From an uncultured bacterium (GTDB taxonomy: Bacteria; Fidelibacterota; Marinisomatia; Marinisomatales; UBA1611), in assembly GCA_943788175.1 (NCBI GenBank), contig CALSPG010000008.1, positions 32,001-96,000 of the forward strand: a stretch of DNA of 64,000 bases, read 5' to 3'. Shown one piece after another: positions 1-8,398 of the stretch. The notes below the pieces were generated by a model. It had not been told where the DNA came from. It was given only the letters and a program-made list of their open reading frames with translations, and did not search any database. The first letter of the stretch is position 1; every line of letters starts with the position of its first letter. Both the position numbers and the translations under genes were made by a program.

Positions 1-62
1 GTTTTATCGGTATAGTGCTTCTTGCCCTTGCAATGATTTTAATTATTAAAACAATGAATTAA
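1..62 (+). CDS. 3' end of a membrane protein (partial)
   Basis: Frame from nt 3 reads FIGIVLLALAMILIIKTMN* (hydrophobic), followed by a terminator hairpin. Confidence 0.55.
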   Translation, partial: FIGIVLLALAMILIIKTMN

Positions 63-112
63 GGTTTATTATATTATTTTTTTAAGACAATATGATAACT
101 AAAAGCTTTTAC

Positions 113-138
113 AACCCCCAACTGTCGTTGGGTTTTTT
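113..138 (+). terminator. Rho-independent terminator
   Basis: CCCAAC-TGTC-GTTGGG hairpin followed by T-run. Confidence 0.7.
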
Positions 139-166
139 ATTTACAGAATAGTAGTTAGATTGTATT

Positions 167-349
167 ATGAACAAAATTAGTGAATGGTTTAAAAAAAATG
201 AACGCTTCATTATTGGACTTGGTGTAATTCTAGCTATACTAAATATTCCAAGTCTATTACCTTTAGAGGAAATTAGTATCGTTCCGATTGTCATAATTGT
301 TTGGTTGTTTTACACTATATATGCAAATGAAAGATGGAAGGGATTTTAA
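167..349 (+). CDS. Small membrane protein, 60 aa
   Basis: ATG-started ORF with two hydrophobic segments, ends 4 nt before the likely ogt start. Confidence 0.55.
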   Translation: MNKISEWFKKNERFIIGLGVILAILNIPSLLPLEEISIVPIVIIVWLFYTIYANERWKGF

Positions 350-353
350 AATA

Positions 354-920
354 ATGGGAATCATTAGTGCTGATAAATCAATAAATGAAAATAGTGGACG
401 ATTGGAAATACAATATCATAAAACAAAAATTGGAGAATTAGTTTTAGGTTCCTATGATAGTAAGCTTTGCTTACTTGATTTCAGATATAGAAAAATGCGA
501 TTCGCAGTTGATAATCGTTTAAAAAAAACATTAAATGCAAAATTCGTAGTTCAAGATAATAAAATATTAAAAGAAACGCGGAAACAGATAACTGAATACC
601 TCGGGGCAGAAAGAAAAACATTTGATTTGCCAATTTTATCTGTTGGAAGTGATTTTCAAAAACAAGTTTGGGAGGCATTATTAAAAATAAATTATGGAGA
701 AACCGCATCTTACCTAGATATAGCAAAGTATATTGGGAATGAAAAAGCAGTAAGGGCCGTTGCCTCCGCAAATGGTGCAAATGCTATAGCCGTTATAATA
801 CCCTGTCATAGAATTATTGGAAGTGATGGTGAGCTTGTTGGTTATGGTGGAGGATTACCAATAAAGAAAAGATTATTAAACTTAGAAGAAAAGCATTCAA
901 AACTTGCTAATCATTTGTAA
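354..920 (+). CDS. ogt: Methylated-DNA-protein-cysteine S-methyltransferase
   Basis: IPCHRII active-site motif, AVRAVASANGAN HTH region, YGGG motif; ATG 354 preferred over TTG 297 to avoid overlap. Confidence 0.92.
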   Translation: MGIISADKSINENSGRLEIQYHKTKIGELVLGSYDSKLCLLDFRYRKMRFAVDNRLKKTLNAKFVVQDNKILKETRKQITEYLGAERKTFDLPILSVGSDFQKQVWEALLKINYGETASYLDIAKYIGNEKAVRAVASANGANAIAVIIPCHRIIGSDGELVGYGGGLPIKKRLLNLEEKHSKLANHL

Positions 921-927
921 AAATTTA

Positions 928-1089
928 ATGTTCAAGCAAAAACCATCATTTTATGTCTCAATTATTTTTCCATTGCTATGCTTCCTTTCAACATCTCAAA
1001 TAAATAACAGAGGTGGAGAGTTTTTATTTTATTTTTTAGGGGTATGTAGTCTGGCCTGTATGCTTGCTTTTATTTTCACTGATAAATGA
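928..1089 (+). CDS. Small hydrophobic hypothetical protein
   Basis: ATG at 928 just after ogt; two hydrophobic stretches. Confidence 0.4.
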   Translation: MFKQKPSFYVSIIFPLLCFLSTSQINNRGGEFLFYFLGVCSLACMLAFIFTDK

Positions 1090-1202
1090 GTTAAAGACTT
1101 TGCTCAATTCTTTAGATATTTCAGGTGTCGAATAACTCATCAAAACATGAATTGCGTTTCAATATTTAGTAGAATTTAGATCTTATATATTATCCAGGAT
1201 TT

Positions 1203-1616
1203 TTATTCAATTTCTAATAATTCTATATCAAATATTAAAGTTGCATTAGGTGGGATTACGCTGCCTGCACCTTGTGAACCATAACCCAGATTTGGTGGAA
1301 TAGTTAATCTTCGTGTGCCACCAATTTTCATCCCAGGGACACCTTCATCCCATCCTTTAATAACGACACCAATGCCGACTGTAAATGAAAATGGTTCACG
1401 GTTTGGATTTTTTGATGAATCAAAAATTATTCCATCTGTCAATTTTCCTGTGTAGTGAACGGTTACATTGTCCATTGATTTTGCTTCAGCGCCATCGCCA
1501 ATCACAAGATCCTCAATAATAAGTTCGCCTGTCATAGTTTCTCCTTGCTCTTCACAACTAATACTAAAAAGTAATATGGATATTATTATCAAATGTAAAA
1601 TGTTAAATTTCTTCAT
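1203..1616 (-). CDS. FKBP-type peptidyl-prolyl cis-trans isomerase, lipoprotein
   Basis: VHYTGKL..G.IFDSS, VIKGWDEG, IPP.LGYG, IPPNATLIFDIELL; start at MKKFNIL with lipobox-like SISC. Confidence 0.93.
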   Translation of the reverse strand: MKKFNILHLIIISILLFSISCEEQGETMTGELIIEDLVIGDGAEAKSMDNVTVHYTGKLTDGIIFDSSKNPNREPFSFTVGIGVVIKGWDEGVPGMKIGGTRRLTIPPNLGYGSQGAGSVIPPNATLIFDIELLEIE

Positions 1617-1661
1617 TAGTTGCTTATTTTTTCTTTTAAACCAACATGAAATTAATTGTTT

Positions 1662-2972
1662 ATGGATCAAACTCAAACGCTCTTCGATACTCACTTACCT
1701 CCATTAGCGGAGCGTCTTCGTCCAACTAATATAAATGATTATAAAGGGCAATCACACTTAGTTGGCAATGGAAAAATTCTGAAAACAATTATTGAAGAAA
1801 AAAAAATATTTTCTATGATACTTTGGGGTCCACCTGGTACAGGTAAAACAACCCTTGCGCGTATAATTGCTCAAAAAACTAATGCCGTCATTAAAGAAAT
1901 ATCAGCTATCTCTAGCGGAGTGAAAGATTTACGTGGGGTTATTTCAATGGGTAAGTCTAATCGAGAGATGGGTAAACAAACTCTCTTATTTATCGATGAA
2001 ATTCATCGGTATAATAAATCACAACAAGATGCACTTCTTAAAGCTGTTGAGGAAGGCACTGTTAATCTTATTGGTGCGACTACAGAGAACCCTTCTTTTG
2101 AAGTTATATCGCCACTTCTATCTCGATGCAAAGTTTTAACTCTAAAGTCCTTAGAAGAATCTCATCTAGAATCCATTTTAAATCATGCATTCGATACTGA
2201 TATTATTTTGAGTCAAGCGGGTATTACAATAGGAAGTGATGTCCAAAAAAAGCTTATTAAATCAGCTGGTGGAGATGCAAGAAAAATGCTAAATACCTTG
2301 GATGTGGCTGTGCAATTATTAGGAGAAGAAAAAGAGATCACGGATCAAATTTTTTCTGAAGCGGCACAATCTAAAACATTGATTTATGACAAAAAAGGCG
2401 ATTATCATTATGATACAATTAGTGCTTTCATAAAATCTGTAAGGGGTAGCGATCCTGATGCTGCTATTTATTGGCTAGCTGTAATGTTAGAGGGAGGTGA
2501 AAAACCTGAATTTATAGCCCGAAGGCTTATCATTTTAGCTTCTGAGGACGTTGGGAATGCTGATCCAAATGGATTAATCATTGCAACGTCTGCTTTTCAA
2601 GCTGTTCATATAATTGGCATGCCAGAAGCATCTATTATCTTAGGTCAAATAACAACCTATCTTGCAAGTGCTCCAAAATCAAATGCTTCTTATGAGGCTA
2701 TTAATCAAGCACGTGACTATGTGAAGGAGAATGGTGCGCCATCTGTACCTCTTCATTTGCGAAATGCACCCACAGGGCTGATGAAAAATTTAGATTATGG
2801 TAAAGAATATAAATATCCTCATTCGCATCCAGACCATTTTGTAAATGTGAATTATTTACCAGAAAAAAATGATGTAAATTTTTTTAAACCGTCTAACCAA
2901 GGGCATGAAAAATGGATAAAAGAAAGGTTGCAATCTTTATGGGGAGATAGATTTATATATGAAAAAAAATAG
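1662..2972 (+). CDS. rarA: Replication-associated recombination protein A (AAA+ ATPase MgsA/RarA)
   Basis: PLAERLRP, Walker [41 protein letters not shown]. Confidence 0.95.
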   Translation: MDQTQTLFDTHLPPLAERLRPTNINDYKGQSHLVGNGKILKTIIEEKKIFSMILWGPPGTGKTTLARIIAQKTNAVIKEISAISSGVKDLRGVISMGKSNREMGKQTLLFIDEIHRYNKSQQDALLKAVEEGTVNLIGATTENPSFEVISPLLSRCKVLTLKSLEESHLESILNHAFDTDIILSQAGITIGSDVQKKLIKSAGGDARKMLNTLDVAVQLLGEEKEITDQIFSEAAQSKTLIYDKKGDYHYDTISAFIKSVRGSDPDAAIYWLAVMLEGGEKPEFIARRLIILASEDVGNADPNGLIIATSAFQAVHIIGMPEASIILGQITTYLASAPKSNASYEAINQARDYVKENGAPSVPLHLRNAPTGLMKNLDYGKEYKYPHSHPDHFVNVNYLPEKNDVNFFKPSNQGHEKWIKERLQSLWGDRFIYEKK

Positions 2973-3459
2973 GTTATTTATTTATTTTTTTTTCATTATT
3001 TCATACAGCTTTTCAGGTGACAATCATTGGACTGAAAGTAGTTTTCCGGGAGGATATCTGAGCCTAGGTATTCAAATGGGAAAAACAAAAGACAATTCCA
3101 GGTTCATAGATATTCAAATTAGTCCATCATTTGTATTAATTGGACCATATAAACATAAGTTTTCAGGGTATATATTTTTAGGTAGTTCAATAGGGAAAAG
3201 ACTTAGTAAAGAGAAATCTAATATTTATTTCGATGTTAATTTAAATTTTTGGAATACGTTATTAACACTTGGAGGAGGGAAAGGTTTTATTCTAGATAAA
3301 GATGAGAAATACCTAAGAAATAAAACCTGGGCTGGTTTAGGTTTTTTACCTCTGATAGTATGTACTGATAATTATATTATTGATAAAAATAAATATAAAC
3401 AGGCTGGGATTATGGGAGTGCTTCCTTTCCCTTTTTTTGGCAACAACTTTTACCCATAG
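2959..3459 (+). CDS. Hypothetical exported protein
   Basis: 166-aa ORF with signal-peptide-like N-terminus, overlaps rarA stop. Confidence 0.65.
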   Translation: MKKNRLFIYFFFIISYSFSGDNHWTESSFPGGYLSLGIQMGKTKDNSRFIDIQISPSFVLIGPYKHKFSGYIFLGSSIGKRLSKEKSNIYFDVNLNFWNTLLTLGGGKGFILDKDEKYLRNKTWAGLGFLPLIVCTDNYIIDKNKYKQAGIMGVLPFPFFGNNFYP

Positions 3460-3592
3460 AAAGTTTAATTATTGTTCATTACGAGATGTCTTTGTTTTGC
3501 TAACTAATGTTATGATAAATATTATTTAATTATTTGCAAATAATATTAGTTGTACAATTTTAGTAATCTTAATTTCGCCACCTTATATTGTA

Positions 3593-3727
3593 ATGAAAAG
3601 AAGTACGATGTTTACTACAGCAAGAGAGCGGAGACGAAGACGAAGACGATTTATTGTCGACAGAATCAATAATGTTCGATCTAGAAATGCGCAATGGTAT
3701 CCCGTTAAAAGACAAGATATTTTGTAG
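3593..3727 (+). CDS. Small Arg-rich peptide, 44 aa (not in ORF track)
   Basis: MKRSTMFTTARERRRRRRRFIVDRINNVRSRNAQWYPVKRQDIL*; GC-richer than flanks; terminator downstream. Confidence 0.5.
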   Translation: MKRSTMFTTARERRRRRRRFIVDRINNVRSRNAQWYPVKRQDIL

Positions 3728-3797
3728 CATTATTTTTAGATAAAGGAGACTAGAACATATTGTTTTATTTTATTTTTTCTAAAAATATAAAATCACC

Positions 3798-3825
3798 AAA
3801 AAGCCCCACATCTGTGGGGTTTTTT
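3798..3825 (+). terminator. Rho-independent terminator
   Basis: CCCCAC-ATCT-GTGGGG followed by T6. Confidence 0.8.
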
Positions 3826-3842
3826 ACTATAAACCAAAATAT

Positions 3843-3873
3843 TTTTTAACTTTTTTTTTAAAGATGAGTCTAA
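3843..3873 (+). promoter_or_regulatory. Putative ECF-sigma-type promoter
   Basis: TTTTTAAC-N15-GAGTCTAAT, same motif and spacing at 5860..5891. Confidence 0.45.
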
Positions 3874-3908
3874 TTAGTATAGAGTAATAAAAATAAAAAG
3901 GCATTATT

Positions 3909-4283
3909 ATGATTAAATATTTATTAATTATTATTATCTTTTTGTCTTCTGTATTTGCTGATGGCCCCGGTAATAAACGTTGGAAAAAAGGGCATAAGAA
4001 ACACTACAGATATAAAAAACATAAAACCCACAAAGTAGTACATCACACTAGACCAAATGTAAAAATTAAATATGGATATCATTGGTGTTTAACTCCATGG
4101 AGGAACCTTTATCCAAGACATAACCATAATAATGTGGTGGTTATAAAAAATGAAGATAATGTTTTAAATGATAGTTCAGATGTTTTTGAAAAAATTCAAC
4201 AATTAGGCGCTTTAAAAGAAAGTGGTCTAATCACTGAAAAAGAATTTTTAAAAGCAAAAAAAGTACTATTAAAGAAGATTTAA
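3909..4283 (+). CDS. Exported His/Lys-rich protein with C-terminal SHOCT-like domain
   Basis: Signal peptide; KKGHKKHYRYKKHKTHK; C-terminal LKESGLITEKEFLKAKKVLL. Confidence 0.75.
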   Translation: MIKYLLIIIIFLSSVFADGPGNKRWKKGHKKHYRYKKHKTHKVVHHTRPNVKIKYGYHWCLTPWRNLYPRHNHNNVVVIKNEDNVLNDSSDVFEKIQQLGALKESGLITEKEFLKAKKVLLKKI

Positions 4284-4418
4284 AATAAAATAGAGGGCAT
4301 CAAAAAACTATTTGATAATTTTGTTGGCGTGCTCAAGTTCTGTTTCGGATAGATACTGAGTGTATCCTTAAATTTTTTCAACGACTAAAAAAACACTTTT
4401 TATCTGAGCTCATAAATT

Positions 4419-5117
4419 TTATACTAGAATTTGTTTTTTATCTTCCTGAGTATTTTCATAAAAATCAGTGATGTATGGTTTAAGTATGTACATTGCCTCG
4501 TCAACATCTTGTACAATAATAATATTTTTAAAATCATTTTTACCGATTAGGTTCTTCTTCAGAGGCTCTGATTTCATCCAATCAATTAAGCCTCCCCACA
4601 TTCCTCCTAATAATATTATTGGTCTCTCAGAAATGTGTTGGACTTGAATTAATTGCCATGTGTACAATAACTCAAGGATTGTACCAATCCCACCTGGGGT
4701 TACAATTACAGCGTGACTGATACGCATAAATTCATCTAATCTTGATGAGAATCTTTTATGATGGTAAGTAACATCAAGGTGGTCATTGGGGGTTGTTTCA
4801 AAGGGTAAATCAATATGGAGTCCAATTGATTTTGAATCTGATCCACCATCCTTAGCGCCTGCATTGGCTGCTTCCATTAGACCTGGCCCGCCACCAGTGA
4901 CGATATCTGTTTTATTTTGAGCAAGCTTTTTAGCAAGTGTATATACTTGAGTGTAGTCAGAAGTCCCTTCTTTTATTCTTGCAGACCCAAAAATACTCAC
5001 TCTATAATAATTGCTTCCAATCTCTGTAACTAAAGAGTCTAAATCGGCTACAATATTATTTAGCTGTTGAATTTTTTTTGAAAGAAACTTCCTTACTACT
5101 TTTTCTTTAATTTGCAT
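4419..5117 (-). CDS. LOG family protein (nucleotide phosphoribohydrolase-like)
   Basis: VSIFGSAR, TGGGPGLMEAAN, PGGIGTILE motifs. Confidence 0.9.
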   Translation of the reverse strand: MQIKEKVVRKFLSKKIQQLNNIVADLDSLVTEIGSNYYRVSIFGSARIKEGTSDYTQVYTLAKKLAQNKTDIVTGGGPGLMEAANAGAKDGGSDSKSIGLHIDLPFETTPNDHLDVTYHHKRFSSRLDEFMRISHAVIVTPGGIGTILELLYTWQLIQVQHISERPIILLGGMWGGLIDWMKSEPLKKNLIGKNDFKNIIIVQDVDEAMYILKPYITDFYENTQEDKKQILV

Positions 5118-5301
5118 CTAAATCTCACTTTCATATTCCTTTAAATATTAACTGCCTTGGAATATAATGTAAAAATTAATGCTTTGATTGATGAATTAAT
5201 CATAAAAATTCACTTTTTAGTTTTTTGTTTGTGGAAAAATAATATTTTTAATTATATATTGAGTTAATATAAAATAAGAAAAATATAAGGTATAAAGAAT
5301 T

Positions 5302-5628
5302 ATGAGCGATGATAGTATTTTTGATGATATAAATCTGACAAAGAAAAAGACGATTACAAATGGTAAGAAGTATGACTTCTATGTATTTAAAACTCTCAAA
5401 CTGGAAAAAGAGATTTCTAAAGGTAAGTTTGGAAAAGGCGATACCTCAATAAGTCAAATTAAGAATTATAAACTTATTGATGATGAAGGTGATGATCTGC
5501 TAGATGTAAAGTTACAGTGTTCTAAAAAGTTAGATGATGCAATGACTGGATTTACACCAAAAGAAGCAAAAAAAGTAATGGACGAGGTTCTTAAAAGGTT
5601 GATGAAGATAGGTCTAGTTAAAGTATAA
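5302..5628 (+). CDS. Hypothetical protein
   Basis: 108-aa ORF followed by terminator. Confidence 0.7.
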   Translation: MSDDSIFDDINLTKKKTITNGKKYDFYVFKTLKLEKEISKGKFGKGDTSISQIKNYKLIDDEGDDLLDVKLQCSKKLDDAMTGFTPKEAKKVMDEVLKRLMKIGLVKV

Positions 5629-5653
5629 AATTTTTTAGGTCCAATTTTTAGTT

Positions 5654-5677
5654 AAGCCCCACTTACGTGGGGTTTTT
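5654..5677 (+). terminator. Rho-independent terminator
   Basis: CCCCAC-TTAC-GTGGGG followed by T5. Confidence 0.8.
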
Positions 5678-5695
5678 AATTTTCGGGATACAATT

Positions 5696-5714
5696 AATGC
5701 GATTGATTCTCAAT
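5696..5714. promoter_or_regulatory. Degenerate Fur-like box
   Basis: AATGCGATT-G-ATTCTCAAT resembles the perfect 9-1-9 palindrome at 26952..26970. Confidence 0.45.
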
Positions 5715-5741
5715 TTCATTTTTATTAAATTCCAGATACTT

Positions 5742-5825
5742 ATGAAATCGAAATGTTGCAAAAAGTTCAAGAAAAAAGGCAAGTGGTGCAAAAAATGCCC
5801 GAAACTCAAAAAGCCCAATAATTAG
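5742..5825 (+). CDS. Cys/Lys-rich 27-aa peptide with CC-x9-C-x2-C-P motif (not in ORF track)
   Basis: MKSKCCKKFKKKGKWCKKCPKLKKPNN*. Confidence 0.6.
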   Translation: MKSKCCKKFKKKGKWCKKCPKLKKPNN

Positions 5826-5859
5826 CCCAGGAATTTTTTTTAGTTTTTTGACCTCAATT

Positions 5860-5891
5860 TTTTTAACCTAATCATACTTATTGAGTCTAAT
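5860..5891 (+). promoter_or_regulatory. Putative ECF-sigma-type promoter
   Basis: TTTTTAAC-N15-GAGTCTAAT about 55 nt upstream of the YHYH gene. Confidence 0.45.
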
Positions 5892-5944
5892 CATTATAAT
5901 CAACCAAAATTTTGTAAAAAAACCATAAAAAGAGAAAGTCTAAA

Positions 5945-7687
5945 ATGAAACTAATTATCACACTTTTTATTTTATCAGTATCCATTTACAGTCAGTGTGA
6001 AGACGGAGAATTTTCTACAAATGGAATTCTAGATAGTATTAGTGTAGAAATTTTTAATGATGACGAATCTGTAAATGCATATAGCGTTTATTCTTGGACT
6101 TCTGATGAGCTTAATAGAATATTATCTGGCAATGGAATTCCAAATCATGAGGTTGGAACATTTCCTAACCCAAACAACCCGAACACTATCAGTGAGCAAA
6201 ATGTAAATGAATCTTTTACGCTCTGTCCAACATTAGTTTCAGAGACTGGTGAGCCAGCTGGAGGTCCCGCTGGTGCGATAGCTTTCGCTATTAACAGTGT
6301 GAAATTTGATCCTGCCACTGCAGGAAGGTGCAATGATGATGGTGAATGCAGTCTTGCTCAGGGACAAGGAAATTGGAGCATAGAGGCTCTTGGTCATGAG
6401 ACATTTGACTTTGGCGATGACATGAATCATGCTCATGTGCAGCCAACGGGGGAATATCACTATCATGGTATGCCAGAATTACTAATAGATTTTTTAGGAG
6501 ATAATCAAGGTATGACTCTTGTTGGGTGGGCCTCAGATGGTTTTCCAGTTTATGCCAGGTACGGTTACACAGATTCAAATGATTCAACTAGTGAATTAAT
6601 ATCGCTTCAACCAAGTTATAGATTGAAATCTGAACCTGATCTAAACCGTCCAGAAACGTTAACCTCCTTAGCAGGTGGACCTGGACAGGGCGGAACAACG
6701 CCTAATACACCAATACCGATGGGCGCTTTTACTCAAGATTTTGAATATGTTGAAGGATTAGGAGATTTAGATGAGTGTAATGGCAGGTTTGGAGTCACTC
6801 CAGAATTCCCAAATGGTATCTATTACTATTCAGTCACTGATGATTTTCCATATTTTACAAGGTGCTTGAAAGGTGAATTTGACACTGCTGGTGGTGGCGG
6901 TGGTGTTGTGGATTGTGAAGATGTACCCGCCGGTTTACCATGTTGTGGCGATGGCGCATGTGGTGGCCCTGAAACAGAAGATAATTGTCCAATTGATTGT
7001 GCAACATCGATTGTTCCTCCAGAATTAAATAGTTTTAGTCTTTCTGCTGATAGTGTAAATACTAGTCTCAATGCAGCTATTGTTATCTACAATATTGGAG
7101 CTAGTTCCTATAATGCTACTCTTTCTAGCTATTCTTTGAAATTAATATTAAATGGTGGTCCAATTAACGGAGGAGAAATAATTGAAGAGTCGGGACTATT
7201 TAATGAAGGGCTCTATGAAACTACAATCTCTGGATATTTTTTATTTCCAGCTGAGTCTAGTGAGGGGCAATGGAATGTAAGAGTTGAATTAAATGATATA
7301 AACGATAATTCAATAAATTTGAGCCCAAGTGATTTAGCGCAAAAAAACTTTCAAAATTACATCATTGTTGATAATGCTTCTCTGGGAATACCAGGAGCTG
7401 AATTACCATTACATTTTTCTTTAGATCAAAATTTCCCTAACCCGTTTAACCCCTTGACCTCCCTAAGATATGCAATTCCAGAGAGTGCAATTGTAAAAAT
7501 AACTGTTTATGATGTTCTAGGAAATATTATCAAAAATATTATAAACGAAAAACAATCACCGGGATTTAAAACAGTGCAATGGGATGCAACAAATAATTTA
7601 GGCGAACCAGTTTCTGCTGGATTATATATCTACAGTATAGAAGCCGGGGATTTTAGACAAACAAGAAAAATGATACTTTTAAAATAA
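5945..7687 (+). CDS. Secreted YHYH-family protein with Cys-rich linker and secretion/FlgD-like C-terminal domain
   Basis: NHAHVQPTGEYHYHG, DGFPVY, GDLDECNGRFGVTPEFP; C-terminal QNFPNPFNP...SAGLYIY...KMILLK. Confidence 0.88.
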   Translation: MKLIITLFILSVSIYSQCEDGEFSTNGILDSISVEIFNDDESVNAYSVYSWTSDELNRILSGNGIPNHEVGTFPNPNNPNTISEQNVNESFTLCPTLVSETGEPAGGPAGAIAFAINSVKFDPATAGRCNDDGECSLAQGQGNWSIEALGHETFDFGDDMNHAHVQPTGEYHYHGMPELLIDFLGDNQGMTLVGWASDGFPVYARYGYTDSNDSTSELISLQPSYRLKSEPDLNRPETLTSLAGGPGQGGTTPNTPIPMGAFTQDFEYVEGLGDLDECNGRFGVTPEFPNGIYYYSVTDDFPYFTRCLKGEFDTAGGGGGVVDCEDVPAGLPCCGDGACGGPETEDNCPIDCATSIVPPELNSFSLSADSVNTSLNAAIVIYNIGASSYNATLSSYSLKLILNGGPINGGEIIEESGLFNEGLYETTISGYFLFPAESSEGQWNVRVELNDINDNSINLSPSDLAQKNFQNYIIVDNASLGIPGAELPLHFSLDQNFPNPFNPLTSLRYAIPESAIVKITVYDVLGNIIKNIINEKQSPGFKTVQWDATNNLGEPVSAGLYIYSIEAGDFRQTRKMILLK

Positions 7688-7708
7688 GCATATATTTTTC
7701 AATATTTT

Positions 7709-7733
7709 AAACCCCACATTAGTGGGGTTTTTT
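7709..7733 (+). terminator. Rho-independent terminator
   Basis: CCCCAC-ATTA-GTGGGG followed by T6. Confidence 0.8.
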
Positions 7734-7790
7734 GTTCATAAGAATTTTTGTAGATTTTTATTTATTTTATTAAATACTTAAGGATTATAT

Positions 7791-8276
7791 ATGAGCAATA
7801 AAATACCAATTACGCACATGTTTACAGACAAAAGCGGTCATACTCGATTTAAAGAGAAATTTTTGCCTTTAGAGCCAAAAACAGGACTTGGGTCAGTTGG
7901 GTCATTTTCAAATTTATTCGTCAATCAAATTTTGAAAGATAATTTGGGGGATATAAAAATGCAATTTGCTGTAACGCCAGTACCAAATTTAAGTAATGGA
8001 GAAGGTCCAAAATTAGCTCACACAGCACCGCGTAGACAGCTAGTAATTACATTAGACGGGTACCTTGAGTTTAAAAGCTGTGATATTGAAGCGCTAGATC
8101 AGGAGCATCAAGCAATAATTAGCAAGGGCAATATCCTCCTAGCAGATGACCTAGAAGGGGCCGGCCATGTGTGGAGTTTTTTGAAAGATGAAAAAGGGCA
8201 AATGCTTCCATGGGTCAGGTGTTATGTCCATCTTGGCGAAGAATATGAACACTTTATATCAGATCTAATAATTTAA
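7791..8276 (+). CDS. Cupin-like hypothetical protein
   Basis: HTAPRRQLVITLDG and LADDLEGAGH motifs. Confidence 0.7.
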   Translation: MSNKIPITHMFTDKSGHTRFKEKFLPLEPKTGLGSVGSFSNLFVNQILKDNLGDIKMQFAVTPVPNLSNGEGPKLAHTAPRRQLVITLDGYLEFKSCDIEALDQEHQAIISKGNILLADDLEGAGHVWSFLKDEKGQMLPWVRCYVHLGEEYEHFISDLII

Positions 8277-8398
8277 TTTAGGATTTTTTTAAAAATATTA
8301 ACTCGGTTAAGAAATGATCTGAGACATGAGTATATCTTTGACTTAGTCGTGTTATTCTTGTAAAGTTTCCAATAATAAAACAAGAAAGAATAGTTCAA

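Noticed and set aside
1087-1180. Read-through of the TGA ending the small ORF at 1089 (a CAGGT occurs downstream)
   Set aside because: No Cys-motif context, weak hairpin and greater distance than in the two supported cases
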